Virus record (IMG/VR): IMGVR_UViG_3300020409_000014
Location: 10,503-74,502 of that record
Strand: one strand, 5' to 3'
From: a virus
Taxonomy: Duplodnaviria > Caudoviricetes
Length of the DNA stretch: 64,000 nucleotides
Position 1 is the first letter of the stretch. Every line of letters starts with the position of its first letter. The notes under the pieces were generated by a model, which had not been told where the DNA came from, searched no databases, and saw only the letters and a program-made list of their open reading frames with translations. The position numbers were made by a program, and so were the translations under genes. Shown in pieces: positions 40,053-48,494 of the stretch.

Positions 40053-40199
40053 TTAGTCATCCTCCACTATAATGTTTGTTTGAATTTCAAAAAGAAATGG
40101 TGTTTCGTTAGTCTCTCTAACGTATGCTTCCATTAAGAGATCGGTAATTGTTTCTCTCTCCCGATCGGTAAGCAAGTCGTAAACGTCAACTGTCTTCAT
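40053..40199 (-). CDS. Hypothetical acidic protein (48 aa)
   Basis: Manual translation MKTVDVYDLLTDRERETITDLLMEAYVRETNETPFLFEIQTNIIVEDD; ATGA overlap upstream. Confidence 0.65.
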   Translation of the reverse strand: MKTVDVYDLLTDRERETITDLLMEAYVRETNETPFLFEIQTNIIVEDD

Positions 40200-40408
40200 T
40201 TTAGATAAGTCTCCGTAGCGTTAACAACTGCATCAAACATATTATCAAATGTTTGTGTGTCGATTCTAGGTCTCTGGTCATAACCTCTGTCATATGCATC
40301 ACATAGTAGGTTATAAAGCATTTCGTATTGACCTATGGTAAGATCAATGTTTAAACCTTTTTTGTTAGAAATTTGTCTTCCGTAAGGTCTGACTCTAGTA
40401 GTTGACAT
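40196..40408 (-). CDS. Hypothetical protein (70 aa)
   Basis: First gene after early promoter copy 2. Confidence 0.7.
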   Translation of the reverse strand: MSTTRVRPYGRQISNKKGLNIDLTIGQYEMLYNLLCDAYDRGYDQRPRIDTQTFDNMFDAVVNATETYLK

Positions 40409-40436
40409 TTTTAAAAACCTGTTTGTTTATACTATT

Positions 40437-40495
40437 ATTATAGTGCTTAATTGTATGGTAGTGTGCAAGTATGTGCCACTAATACAACTGTCACA
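40437..40495 (-). promoter_or_regulatory. Early promoter copy 2
   Basis: TATAAT 40437-40442; TGTGCCAC-N8-CTGTCACA 40472-40495. Confidence 0.8.
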
Positions 40496-40514
40496 AATAG
40501 GGTTGACATTTTCA

Positions 40515-40850
40515 TCATAGGTATTCTATCTCTCCATTTTCAACTGCATCCATGTATTCAACAAAATCGTTATGTGCCTTTTCTTTTGTTTCTTGCCATT
40601 GATTCCAACATAATCGGCGGTTAATGTCTAGCAACTTGCCTAGGTCAACTCCCTCGAGATCAGTCCACTCTGAAACATAACCTATTTGACTTTTATCATA
40701 TCCTCCACTACTGTAGGATGGTGCACTAAGGAAATTAAAAGCAATGTCAATAAAGAAGTGCCTGCCAAATTCCTCGCTCTCAATAGTCTGCATAGGAATA
40801 AACTCTGTTTCTGTGGTTAGAGTGTTTTCAAAAATGTAAGTAGAATTCAT
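40515..40850 (-). CDS. Hypothetical protein (111 aa)
   Basis: Acidic/aromatic ORF in early array. Confidence 0.7.
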   Translation of the reverse strand: MNSTYIFENTLTTETEFIPMQTIESEEFGRHFFIDIAFNFLSAPSYSSGGYDKSQIGYVSEWTDLEGVDLGKLLDINRRLCWNQWQETKEKAHNDFVEYMDAVENGEIEYL

Positions 40851-40855
40851 TAGAC

Positions 40856-41026
40856 TTAATCGTAGAGTGGATAATAGACTTCTGTGTCAACTGCGTGCTT
40901 CATAACCTCATAGGTCGAAAATTCGGGGTCTGATAGGTCTTTACACGTTGAGAGTATGTTAATAACCTCTTCCATGAGATTTACTATCATTTTCTCTTTT
41001 GGTGTGCTTTTGTAAGTTTTTCTCAT
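40856..41026 (-). CDS. Hypothetical protein (56 aa)
   Basis: Manual translation MRKTYKSTPKEKMIVNLMEEVINILSTCKDLSDPEFSTYEVMKHAVDTEVYYPLYD. Confidence 0.7.
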   Translation of the reverse strand: MRKTYKSTPKEKMIVNLMEEVINILSTCKDLSDPEFSTYEVMKHAVDTEVYYPLYD

Positions 41027-41166
41027 GATACTGATTTAAGTTTGTCAAAGTGTGGATAAAATAGTTGATCAAGTATTTTCTCGGATAATACTTCTTCCTC
41101 GTCAGTCATTAAGCATCTATAATGTCTGAATGCTGAATAGATCAGTAAATACTCTTCTCTAGTCAT
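41023..41166 (-). CDS. Hypothetical protein (47 aa)
   Basis: MTREEYLLIYSAFRHY...; start trimmed to remove overlap. Confidence 0.6.
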   Translation of the reverse strand: MTREEYLLIYSAFRHYRCLMTDEEEVLSEKILDQLFYPHFDKLKSVS

Positions 41167-41347
41167 CTTGAAAGTCCCTCTCTGATTCGATTGATTGCAT
41201 AAATTGAGAAACAAATTTGTCAACTGTCTCTCTGATCTCCCACCTTGGGGACGGTATTAGATCGCCTTCCTCTCCAAAATAATAAAATTCTTTGTTGAGA
41301 TTGTTGATTAGGTCGATTAGTGCTAATTCGTTTTTCGTGTAATCCAT
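41159..41347 (-). CDS. Hypothetical protein (62 aa)
   Basis: MDYTKNELALIDLINNLNKEF...; start trimmed. Confidence 0.65.
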   Translation of the reverse strand: MDYTKNELALIDLINNLNKEFYYFGEEGDLIPSPRWEIRETVDKFVSQFMQSIESERDFQDD

Positions 41348-41390
41348 TTGATTTAAGATTGAATTGTGTAAATTGTCTGCACATAGGGGA

Positions 41391-41846
41391 CTACCTATAG
41401 TATAGGTGTCCGCCTGCCCAGTCAACTTGCTTATAGTCATGCATCATTGCTCTGTGTGACATGATTCTCATATCAAATCTGACTCCCTTAGCGGGTGCCT
41501 TCCATGATGATGCCTTATAAACTTCGCCTGTTTTCTTGTCAACAAAACTATTGACTGATCTCTGTCTATACTCTTTATGAGTATCAGACCACTCACATTG
41601 CACAATTTTATAGTATTTCTTGCCTGCTACTGCTTCAAATTTCATTAACTTGTCTGTGCCATTGCGAATTGCTTCAAGTTGCTCCTCTGCATATGCTGAT
41701 AAGTCTTCTCTGCTTCCTGTGTATCTTGCTGAGTTGTTTCTCAACATATTGACTTTATAATGTCTGAAGTTATCCTCTAGTGCTTCAGTATAGAGGTCAA
41801 CCCAATTAGGAATGAGTTTTTCGATTGTTGGATTTGAAACAGTCAT
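41391..41846 (-). CDS. Conserved early phage protein (151 aa)
   Basis: KYYKIV...SVNSFVDKKTGEVYKASSWKAPAKGVRF motif, a common T4-like/cyanophage family. Confidence 0.8.
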   Translation of the reverse strand: MTVSNPTIEKLIPNWVDLYTEALEDNFRHYKVNMLRNNSARYTGSREDLSAYAEEQLEAIRNGTDKLMKFEAVAGKKYYKIVQCEWSDTHKEYRQRSVNSFVDKKTGEVYKASSWKAPAKGVRFDMRIMSHRAMMHDYKQVDWAGGHLYYR

Positions 41847-41869
41847 GTGATTAATTTGCTTATACTATT

Positions 41870-41928
41870 ATTATAGTGGTTAATTGTGCGGTAGCACATA
41901 ATTATGTGACACTAATAAAAGTGTCACA
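41870..41928 (-). promoter_or_regulatory. Early promoter copy 3 (perfect palindrome)
   Basis: TATAAT 41870-41875; TGTGACAC-TAATAAAA-GTGTCACA 41905-41928. Confidence 0.85.
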
Positions 41929-41932
41929 ATAC

Positions 41933-42322
41933 CTATTGCGGTATTGCGAAATCTACGTTTATTCTTGCTCCTAACTCACTATAGTGCTTAGTCAAGAAGT
42001 TTTGATATCTCTTTGCATTAGTGCCTAGGCATCTATCGATCGCTCTACCATTAAAACTGATCTCTTCAACTTCCCATTTATCATTTTTGATCATGTCATC
42101 TATTGACTGATCTGGGTTATACTTACCACCATGAATATTATAGTATCTGTCATCAATGTCTGCCATGTAGTAAACTGTAGCGATCTCTTGACCATCTATT
42201 TTGATCACACTTGAGAAGTTGTTACCAGTCTGATACGAATTCAAAACAGTTACTCCGTTTCGTAATGACCCTGATTCTCTCTTGTTGATCAAGTATAAAA
42301 CTCTTGTTTGAAATCTGTCCAT
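41933..42322 (-). CDS. Hypothetical protein (129 aa)
   Basis: Single-gene cassette between promoter copies 4 and 3. Confidence 0.7.
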   Translation of the reverse strand: MDRFQTRVLYLINKRESGSLRNGVTVLNSYQTGNNFSSVIKIDGQEIATVYYMADIDDRYYNIHGGKYNPDQSIDDMIKNDKWEVEEISFNGRAIDRCLGTNAKRYQNFLTKHYSELGARINVDFAIPQ

Positions 42323-42348
42323 GTTGGTAACCTTGATTGATTACTCTT

Positions 42349-42407
42349 ATTATAGTCCTCTGTAATGCGGTATAGTGCTCTTGTGTGCCACTAAATCAAC
42401 TGTCACA
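42349..42407 (-). promoter_or_regulatory. Early promoter copy 4
   Basis: TATAAT 42349-42354; TGTGCCAC-N8-CTGTCACA 42384-42407. Confidence 0.8.
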
Positions 42408-43314
42408 CCCCATTGATACGTTTTTCTGCTAATTCACTATAATCACTATGCAATTCACATCCGAGGTAATCACGTCCTAATTGTTTACTTACCATTGCTG
42501 TGGTGCCACTACCCATAAATGGGTCGAGGACTAGATCGCCTACTCTACTCCCTGCCAAAATACAGGGACTAATCAAGTCAGGTGGAAATACTGCAAAATG
42601 TGCTCCCTTATATGGTTTATTGGTTACTGACCATACTGATCTCTTATTCTTCTTTGGATAACTCTTAGTTAGTCCAGTATGGGGTTGTAATCCAGTCCCC
42701 TTATTGTGATACTTACCATTAACCCTATTTCTCACTCCCCAGTCTTTAGCATCCTCTTTAATTGCTTCATTGTCATAAAAGTATTTCTTACTCTTAGAGA
42801 ATAAAAAGATATACTCATGAGACTTTGTGCATCTATCTCTTACTGATTCTGGCATTGGATTAGGTTTATGCCAAATAATATCTTGCCTTAAAAACCATCC
42901 ATCCTGACGTAAGGCGAATGCGAGCATCCAAGGAATTCCAATTAAATCTTTTTCTTTTAATCCCTCTAACTTATTACCACGTTTATTACATTTATCAGGT
43001 AAATCTTGCTTAGTCTTACTTACTGACTGTTTAGGATATGACTGACCTTTTCCTGGTCTATAATTATAATAACTATCCCCAATATTCAACCATAATGTGC
43101 CATCATCCATTAAATTATCTCTTACCAGTCGAAAGATATCCACCATATTATTAATATATTCTTCGGGTGTTTCTTCCTGACCTACTTGATTCTCTTCTCC
43201 ACCATAATCCCTTAATCCATAATAGGGTGGACTAGTTACACACATTTGTGCCTTATATTGCCATAATTTTGGTAGCGTCTCTCTGACGTCTCCATAATAT
43301 ATTTTATTTCTCAT
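42403..43314 (-). CDS. DNA amino-methyltransferase, beta class (N4-C/N6-A)
   Basis: 303 aa; catalytic TSPPY before SAM-binding DPFMGSGTT; IIWHKPNPMPES, HFAVFP. Confidence 0.9.
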   Translation of the reverse strand: MRNKIYYGDVRETLPKLWQYKAQMCVTSPPYYGLRDYGGEENQVGQEETPEEYINNMVDIFRLVRDNLMDDGTLWLNIGDSYYNYRPGKGQSYPKQSVSKTKQDLPDKCNKRGNKLEGLKEKDLIGIPWMLAFALRQDGWFLRQDIIWHKPNPMPESVRDRCTKSHEYIFLFSKSKKYFYDNEAIKEDAKDWGVRNRVNGKYHNKGTGLQPHTGLTKSYPKKNKRSVWSVTNKPYKGAHFAVFPPDLISPCILAGSRVGDLVLDPFMGSGTTAMVSKQLGRDYLGCELHSDYSELAEKRINGV

Positions 43315-43421
43315 CCGTATAAATGTATGTTGTAATGTTTTCTAGTTGGTTTATATACTGGTTTAGGTTTTCTCTTAACTTGTAAGTAAATCTTTAATAG
43401 TTTGTCTGTTTTAAGTTGCAT
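43311..43421 (-). CDS. Small basic protein (36 aa)
   Basis: Manual translation MQLKTDKLLKIYLQVKRKPKPVYKPTRKHYNIHLYG; ATGA overlap with methylase start. Confidence 0.65.
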   Translation of the reverse strand: MQLKTDKLLKIYLQVKRKPKPVYKPTRKHYNIHLYG

Positions 43422-43644
43422 CTATATTTCTCTCCTCTGGAAAGTTAATAGGTGTGAAGTCATCCCACTTACACTTGTAAGAAGTGATTAGGGGTGATGC
43501 ATAATCACCACTCTCATAATCAATAACGTATGAGCAATGTGCATCAAGATATGACTGGACTTCCTCGCATACATGATACAAATTGATCTCTGCATCCTTA
43601 TTACACTTAACTCTAAGTGTGATCTCTAAAAATTGGTCGCTCAT
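43411..43644 (-). CDS. Hypothetical protein (77 aa)
   Basis: Packed early array. Confidence 0.65.
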   Translation of the reverse strand: MSDQFLEITLRVKCNKDAEINLYHVCEEVQSYLDAHCSYVIDYESGDYASPLITSYKCKWDDFTPINFPEERNIDAT

Positions 43645-43877
43645 GATGGGTTAAAAAAGTTGATAGATTCAATAAGTGTTAATTCTTTATGATTATATAC
43701 TGTCTCTCTATCTCCATTGTCATCAATTAATACTGTCCAGTTTTCAGTCGGTGTAAATCCTTTTCTGTCAGTATCATCCTTGATATAGTTAATCAAAACA
43801 GTATATATTCTGTTGTTATAACTGACTTTATCGCCAATTCCGATCTCTTTTACATTATTATATTTCATTAACAACAT
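43641..43877 (-). CDS. Hypothetical protein (78 aa, SH3-like beta pattern)
   Basis: IGIGDKVSYNNRIYTV; packed array. Confidence 0.65.
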   Translation of the reverse strand: MLLMKYNNVKEIGIGDKVSYNNRIYTVLINYIKDDTDRKGFTPTENWTVLIDDNGDRETVYNHKELTLIESINFFNPS

Positions 43878-44134
43878 ACCTCTCTATTTTCAACAATTTC
43901 CATCCATAATAGACTTGCTTTTTTGGGGTCATCTTCCTCTACATATTCCTTGAGATCGTCATAAATGTGCTCATCAACATTGTCAAATAAATGTCTCTTG
44001 AATTCATCCTCTTGCAATTCTTCAACAGACTCAAATATGTATGTTTTTGCCAAATCAATTATGTCATCTAAAAGCATTGAATTAACATAGTATTCGACAA
44101 ATTCCTCTTTAATTTTATCTAATTTTGCATTCAT
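43868..44134 (-). CDS. Hypothetical acidic protein (88 aa)
   Basis: Start at 44134 via ATGA overlap. Confidence 0.65.
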   Translation of the reverse strand: MNAKLDKIKEEFVEYYVNSMLLDDIIDLAKTYIFESVEELQEDEFKRHLFDNVDEHIYDDLKEYVEEDDPKKASLLWMEIVENREVCC

Positions 44135-44295
44135 GATAAACCCTCCCATATTGAAATAAATGTGGTAATCCAGTCAGCATTCTTAACTGACATTGATGAT
44201 AAATCTTGCTCATCAGCACTCAATAGTGGTAGATTGTGATCTGTGCAATATTGCACATATACGTCACTTAACCAGTTGATTTGATTGTCATTCAT
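44131..44295 (-). CDS. Hypothetical protein (54 aa)
   Basis: Manual translation MNDNQINWLSDVYVQYCTDHNLPLLSADEQDLSSMSVKNADWITTFISIWEGLS. Confidence 0.7.
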   Translation of the reverse strand: MNDNQINWLSDVYVQYCTDHNLPLLSADEQDLSSMSVKNADWITTFISIWEGLS

Positions 44296-44558
44296 TATGC
44301 ATGCTCCTTGAAAATTGCTTGAATTCTGTTATAGTCAACCGCTCTTGCTTCAATAACCTGATCTCTAACTCTCTCTCTGTCTAGTGAGTCTCCACCACCC
44401 CATGTGACGTGGGTGCCTTCTTCACATAAATCTAAAACGTTGAGAGTTGCAAGTGCTAACTCTTGTCTTGTCAATCCTTGAATAGGATATAAACAGTCAG
44501 GATGCTCTGGACTGTAGAATGATTCACAATAGTCTAGGAATTCTTTGAAGTTGTGCAT
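44295..44558 (-). CDS. Conserved early phage protein (87 aa)
   Basis: FLDYCESFY...WGGGDSLDRERVRD motif. Confidence 0.75.
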   Translation of the reverse strand: MHNFKEFLDYCESFYSPEHPDCLYPIQGLTRQELALATLNVLDLCEEGTHVTWGGGDSLDRERVRDQVIEARAVDYNRIQAIFKEHA

Positions 44559-44578
44559 GAGTGATTTGCTTAACTATT

Positions 44579-44640
44579 AATATAATAACAAAAAAGCATA
44601 CAGTAGTGTGTTACTGTATGCCACTATCTGAAGTGTCACA
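44579..44640 (-). promoter_or_regulatory. Early promoter copy 5
   Basis: -10-like TATATT 44579-44584; TATGCCAC-N8-GTGTCACA 44617-44640. Confidence 0.65.
44590..44621 (-). terminator. Rho-independent terminator inside promoter copy 5
   Basis: Perfect 10-bp stem GCATACAGTA/TACTGTATGC followed by T6 on minus strand. Confidence 0.8.
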
Positions 44641-44772
44641 ATAGTCCTTGTCAACCTGACATAACTCTTCATATAATCTATTGTTTCTCTCTGATCGATC
44701 GATCTTAAGAGTTGTCCTAATTAAATTCAAAAATACAAATGCAATAAAAATGTAGATTAAATATGGTCTCAT
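44611..44772 (-). CDS. Small membrane protein (53 aa)
   Basis: Manual translation MRPYLIYIFIAFVFLNLIRTTLKIDRSERNNRLYEELCQVDKDYCDTSDSGIQ; N-terminal hydrophobic helix; TG-C-TATAAT at 44795-44803 upstream. Confidence 0.65.
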   Translation of the reverse strand: MRPYLIYIFIAFVFLNLIRTTLKIDRSERNNRLYEELCQVDKDYCDTSDSGIQ

Positions 44773-44813
44773 GATATTAGATGATGTATGGATTATTATA
44801 GCATATTATAAAA

Positions 44814-45047
44814 CTATATGCCAACATCCTTATCATTGAGTTGCTTATAGTATGATTTAATTATTGTTTCTTCTTCATTCTGATTGTCCCACTTACTAGT
44901 CAATTTCTCTAATTTATTGCTGACTGACCTATTCAATTCATTATGACCAAAATCATGATACTCTCGATCAATAACCTCTATAATATACTTCCACTCATTA
45001 TGAGTAAAGTATTTAAGGATAGCATTGTAGTCTAGTTTGTTATGCAT
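44814..45047 (-). CDS. Hypothetical protein (77 aa)
   Basis: Start trimmed to 45047, adjacent to upstream stop. Confidence 0.6.
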   Translation of the reverse strand: MHNKLDYNAILKYFTHNEWKYIIEVIDREYHDFGHNELNRSVSNKLEKLTSKWDNQNEEETIIKSYYKQLNDKDVGI

Positions 45048-45048
45048 T

Positions 45049-45219
45049 TTAGTATGATGATTCAATAGTTATTAAATCTTTAGGTGTGTCTTTAACTCTT
45101 GCATAGGTTATATCGTCAGTATGATATGACCTATAAATTCGTCCCCATATGAGATCGAATTCTTCTTTGTTTAAGTTTTTAAAGATACATTGATCTTTAA
45201 AATAAATGTGATAAGTCAT
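45049..45219 (-). CDS. Hypothetical protein (56 aa)
   Basis: Manual translation MTYHIYFKDQCIFKNLNKEEFDLIWGRIYRSYHTDDITYARVKDTPKDLITIESSY. Confidence 0.7.
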   Translation of the reverse strand: MTYHIYFKDQCIFKNLNKEEFDLIWGRIYRSYHTDDITYARVKDTPKDLITIESSY

Positions 45220-45400
45220 TTAAGTCCTCTAAAAACATCCATTGATACTCTGATTCCTCGGGGTCAACATTGTTAACGATAAACTCATTAAAGATTGCAT
45301 CACTATTACCAATATTATTATTATTTACATGATGCTGTAGTCTATTCATGTATGTTACTCTCATAGATGAGAGAGCGAATTCAAGGAAATTAGTATTCAT
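45197..45400 (-). CDS. Hypothetical protein (67 aa)
   Basis: MNTNFLEFALSSMRVTY...; start trimmed. Confidence 0.6.
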   Translation of the reverse strand: MNTNFLEFALSSMRVTYMNRLQHHVNNNNIGNSDAIFNEFIVNNVDPEESEYQWMFLEDLNDLSHLF

Positions 45401-45875
45401 TGTATTGTGGAAAATAATTAATATTAATAACACATCTATCTTGATGGGATGATGTGCCATAATGGTAGGTATCGGATGGGAAAATCACTATCCTACCACG
45501 TTTTGATTCAACCTTAGTCTCTCCTACTACTGTGTAACCATCATTATCATTTACATAATAAATGCCAGTCAATGCATTAGGAAATTTGTGGTCGATATGT
45601 GGTTTATTACTATAGCATACTTCAGTCCTTAACTGCAAGTTTGCTTTAATCTTAATAAGTGCACATGCGTGTAGCGTAGCAAGTAAGGGCATAATTGGTC
45701 TGCAATTAGATTGCTCAAAACCATTGTTGTAAAACATATGCACCAGTTGTGATCTTGAATTTACATCAGTCGATACTATCCTACGACAGTATGACCATGC
45801 GAATGTATTACCAAACAAGTGATTCTCTATCTCTTGCTGAGTATTCACATCAACAAAATCATCAATTACTTTCAT
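45390..45875 (-). CDS. Putative 2OG-Fe(II) oxygenase
   Basis: PHIDH (HxD), TGIYYVNDNDGYT, RIVIFPS...HYG, RCVININY. Confidence 0.8.
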   Translation of the reverse strand: MKVIDDFVDVNTQQEIENHLFGNTFAWSYCRRIVSTDVNSRSQLVHMFYNNGFEQSNCRPIMPLLATLHACALIKIKANLQLRTEVCYSNKPHIDHKFPNALTGIYYVNDNDGYTVVGETKVESKRGRIVIFPSDTYHYGTSSHQDRCVININYFPQYNEY

Positions 45876-46009
45876 TTGTCATTGTTTAATGGACTATTGA
45901 AGTAGTCACGATTAGCAACAAATAATACTGCTAGTGCTACTACAATACCACCAAAACCTAACCACAAAATAGGCGAATGTGGAAAGTCATAAAATGGGAC
46001 GTTTTGCAT
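45872..46009 (-). CDS. Small membrane protein (45 aa)
   Basis: Manual translation MQNVPFYDFPHSPILWLGFGGIVVALAVLFVANRDYFNSPLNNDK; one TM helix. Confidence 0.7.
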   Translation of the reverse strand: MQNVPFYDFPHSPILWLGFGGIVVALAVLFVANRDYFNSPLNNDK

Positions 46010-46015
46010 AATATT

Positions 46016-46077
46016 TAAAAAATAGAAAAAGCAAGAAAGGTATCCCTAAGCACTTTTGAATGTTAGCATTCTTGCTT
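46016..46077 (-). ncRNA. Candidate short hairpin RNA / attenuator leader
   Basis: 9-bp stem AAGCAAGAA(46077-46069)/TTCTTGCTT(46037-46029) starting at the predicted TSS of promoter copy 6, followed by a U-tract. Confidence 0.4.
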
Positions 46078-46083
46078 ACTAAT

Positions 46084-46144
46084 ATTATACCACTATGCAA
46101 CTAGTCGTAGTGGGATATCTTGTGACAGTTCATTATCTGTTACA
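46084..46144 (-). promoter_or_regulatory. Early promoter copy 6 (within 3' end of oxygenase gene)
   Basis: TATAAT 46084-46089; TGTGACAG-N8-CTGTTACA 46121-46144. Confidence 0.7.
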
Positions 46145-46629
46145 TCATATATTGACCCGAGGGTTACTCGTATGCCAGTATCAGGCGGTAATCCCATGTG
46201 GTATAGATGACTAGGGAATATAATCGCTTGACCCATATTAAATGGGACTCGCTTAACTACTTCGTTAGCATCATTGTAAAATACTGTGTCTCCTGACTCC
46301 CCTGCTACATGATATACAACTGACATGAGACTTGACATATCTCCGTCGTTATGTATCTGACTCTCCATATTTGGAAATTGCACATTTAATAGTGTCCTTA
46401 AAGTCTTGGCATGTAGTCGGTGCTCCATGAGAGCATTAAAGTATTTGATAAACCACTCATCCTCATAACCTACAAATTGTCCATTCTGCACTATCATTGT
46501 GCCAAAAAAACGTGCCCTATCATAGTCAGCATATGGACTGTTTGTCCATCTAACTGGGTATTCACTTAATCTACTTGCAACTGAGTCAACTAACCAGTCA
46601 TCAAATAGACCACTAACAACTTCGATCAA
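46093..46629 (-). CDS. Putative 2OG-Fe(II) oxygenase
   Basis: IHNDG (HxD), VVYHVAGESGDTVFY, AIIFPSHLYHMG, RVTL. Confidence 0.8.
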   Translation of the reverse strand: MIEVVSGLFDDWLVDSVASRLSEYPVRWTNSPYADYDRARFFGTMIVQNGQFVGYEDEWFIKYFNALMEHRLHAKTLRTLLNVQFPNMESQIHNDGDMSSLMSVVYHVAGESGDTVFYNDANEVVKRVPFNMGQAIIFPSHLYHMGLPPDTGIRVTLGSIYDVTDNELSQDIPLRLVA

Positions 46630-46823
46630 AAACCTTTACCTCGCTTTTTAGGTTTATCTATTACTTCAATTCTATCTATAAACATTCGTTTATTCCACCA
46701 CGTCTCTTGGACTTCGTGCCATGATTCCATGACTTTTGTGCTCTGATCGGTGCATATAATTCTATAGTGATGCCTATCGTAAGGTTTATCACTTGTCTGT
46801 GTGAAGTAATCGGGTAGCGTCAT
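46626..46823 (-). CDS. Hypothetical protein (65 aa)
   Basis: FTQTSDKPYDRHHYRI...KKRGKGF; ATGA overlaps. Confidence 0.75.
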   Translation of the reverse strand: MTLPDYFTQTSDKPYDRHHYRIICTDQSTKVMESWHEVQETWWNKRMFIDRIEVIDKPKKRGKGF

Positions 46824-47038
46824 AATCTGTCGTTTAGTAATTGAATTTGCCAGTTATCATCCCCACCGTCTAGTCTATCAACCCAAAACCAGAAGTCAGG
46901 ATAGTCAGGTGCTGAGCAAAATACTCTGTGTCCCCTGATCTCCTCAACAATTACCTCATTCTTATTGTTGAGATACTTATTGAATATGTGTTGTGCCTTA
47001 TTTGACTTAGGCACTACAAGTGCTCTGTTTTTAAGCAT
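46820..47038 (-). CDS. Hypothetical protein (72 aa)
   Basis: VVPKSNKAQHIF...FWFWV...DDNW; overlaps neighbours. Confidence 0.75.
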   Translation of the reverse strand: MLKNRALVVPKSNKAQHIFNKYLNNKNEVIVEEIRGHRVFCSAPDYPDFWFWVDRLDGGDDNWQIQLLNDRL

Positions 47039-47873
47039 AGTCTAGTCTAGTGAGTAAGTTGTCTTTAAATGGTTGCATTCGATCAATACACATTTTGTGA
47101 TATGTTTCATCTATCTCAAAACCTATGTATTGTCTATTTTCTTCCGCTGATACTTGTGCTGTGGTGCCTGCACCCATAAATGGGTCGAGGACTATATCAT
47201 TGACACCTGACCACGTTTTAATGTGACCTCGTGCCAACTCCTCAGGCATTGTTGCAGGATGTTTATAGGATGCTTTACTACTTTGTCCAAAACCACCACT
47301 ATTTTTAATTCTCCATATGTTTGTCCTTACTCCCCACTCCTTAATAGCGTTACTCTTACGATTAGGGTCATGTGTGGTGCCATCCTTCTTTCGTGATGTA
47401 GCATTGCCCCATGATGTTATCCCTGCCCACTTGTTTTTCTTATCTTGTATCAAGTTGATTGTCTTGGGACGTCCCTTAGATAATATGAAACAATACTCAA
47501 ATACTTGAGTATATCTTACTGAGTTGACTCCACTAGCGAATGCTGTGCCTGTTTTCTCATAGATCATTGTGTCATGTAATCTCAACCCGAGATCCATAAA
47601 GTGTAAACATTGACGAAAACTAGATCCAGTTTCAGACCCCTTGATCGTAGCGTCGTTAACATTCCACATTATGACCCCACCGTCCTTGAGCACTCTAACT
47701 AATCCCTTAGCAACATCCTTGAATACATCAAAATCCCACTTGCTACTATCGTTGTATGTCCTTAGATCATCATATGGTGGGGATGTTACCACCAAATCTA
47801 CTGACTGCTCATCCATGAGTTGCATACCTTCTATGCAATTCATTAAGTAAGTGTTGTTAGTTGATATCTTCAT
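47031..47873 (-). CDS. DNA amino-methyltransferase, beta class (N4-C/N6-A)
   Basis: 280 aa; VDLVVTSPPY, HPATMPEEL, DPFMGAGTT, YIGFEID. Confidence 0.9.
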   Translation of the reverse strand: MKISTNNTYLMNCIEGMQLMDEQSVDLVVTSPPYDDLRTYNDSSKWDFDVFKDVAKGLVRVLKDGGVIMWNVNDATIKGSETGSSFRQCLHFMDLGLRLHDTMIYEKTGTAFASGVNSVRYTQVFEYCFILSKGRPKTINLIQDKKNKWAGITSWGNATSRKKDGTTHDPNRKSNAIKEWGVRTNIWRIKNSGGFGQSSKASYKHPATMPEELARGHIKTWSGVNDIVLDPFMGAGTTAQVSAEENRQYIGFEIDETYHKMCIDRMQPFKDNLLTRLDYA

Positions 47874-48471
47874 ATACTGTGTGGATAAATTTTTGTGTCC
47901 TTCTTACACTACCAAAGATAGGTGTAATGCACATTTTGTCTTCGTTGTGGACTCTAAGAGTAGAGAATCCATTGTTGTTTTTACCAGTCTTGGTTACTGA
48001 GTCAGTCCATCCAGTTGCGTCATTCATTTTAAGAGATAAGTCAACAATACAAGCAAATACACTTGGAAAGTCATTTTCTCTCTGTGTAAACTTGATGCAA
48101 AATATCTTGTCAACCTTAGTCTTACTATGATTGTTACCAGTAGCGAATGATGATGTGCTACTGCCGAGTGACATTTTATTCTCGATCTCGTGCTCTAATA
48201 GTATAGCATCATAACCTACAGTCTCCTCAGTAATGTAGTCAACATTCAATTCTTTTGCTGCATCCTCAAGTGCAGGATTAAATATGTTTGCAAGAAACTT
48301 AGTCTTGTCAACTGTATTGTCTGCACCAAAGAATGAGTCTAGGTCTGGTTTTTTACCACCACTACCGATCTCTAACATTTGTGCAACTCTACTAGTTGTC
48401 AATTCAATCGCTCTTGGGATAATAAGTGATAATGCATCACTTAGTTGTTTGTTGTCTGCTCTGAGTTTCAT
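47857..48471 (-). CDS. Putative PD-(D/E)xK nuclease, candidate type II restriction endonuclease
   Basis: 204 aa; GYDAILLEHEIENK = D-x8-E-x-K core; 17-bp overlap with the methylase gene. Confidence 0.5.
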   Translation of the reverse strand: MKLRADNKQLSDALSLIIPRAIELTTSRVAQMLEIGSGGKKPDLDSFFGADNTVDKTKFLANIFNPALEDAAKELNVDYITEETVGYDAILLEHEIENKMSLGSSTSSFATGNNHSKTKVDKIFCIKFTQRENDFPSVFACIVDLSLKMNDATGWTDSVTKTGKNNNGFSTLRVHNEDKMCITPIFGSVRRTQKFIHTVYEDIN

Positions 48472-48494
48472 GTGATTAATGTCTGAATACTCTT

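Noticed and set aside
41905-41928. CRP or NtcA site
   Set aside because: TGTGA and TCACA are 14 bp apart rather than 6, and the NtcA GTA-N8-TAC pattern is absent
45049-45219. Suspected compensating frameshifts at homopolymers
   Set aside because: Recount of the T5 and C4 runs gives a clean open frame
41051-47888. Perfect DnaA boxes TGTGGATAA at 41051 and 47880, and TGTGGAAAA at 45406
   Set aside because: Isolated, inside coding sequence and explicable by codons; not clustered
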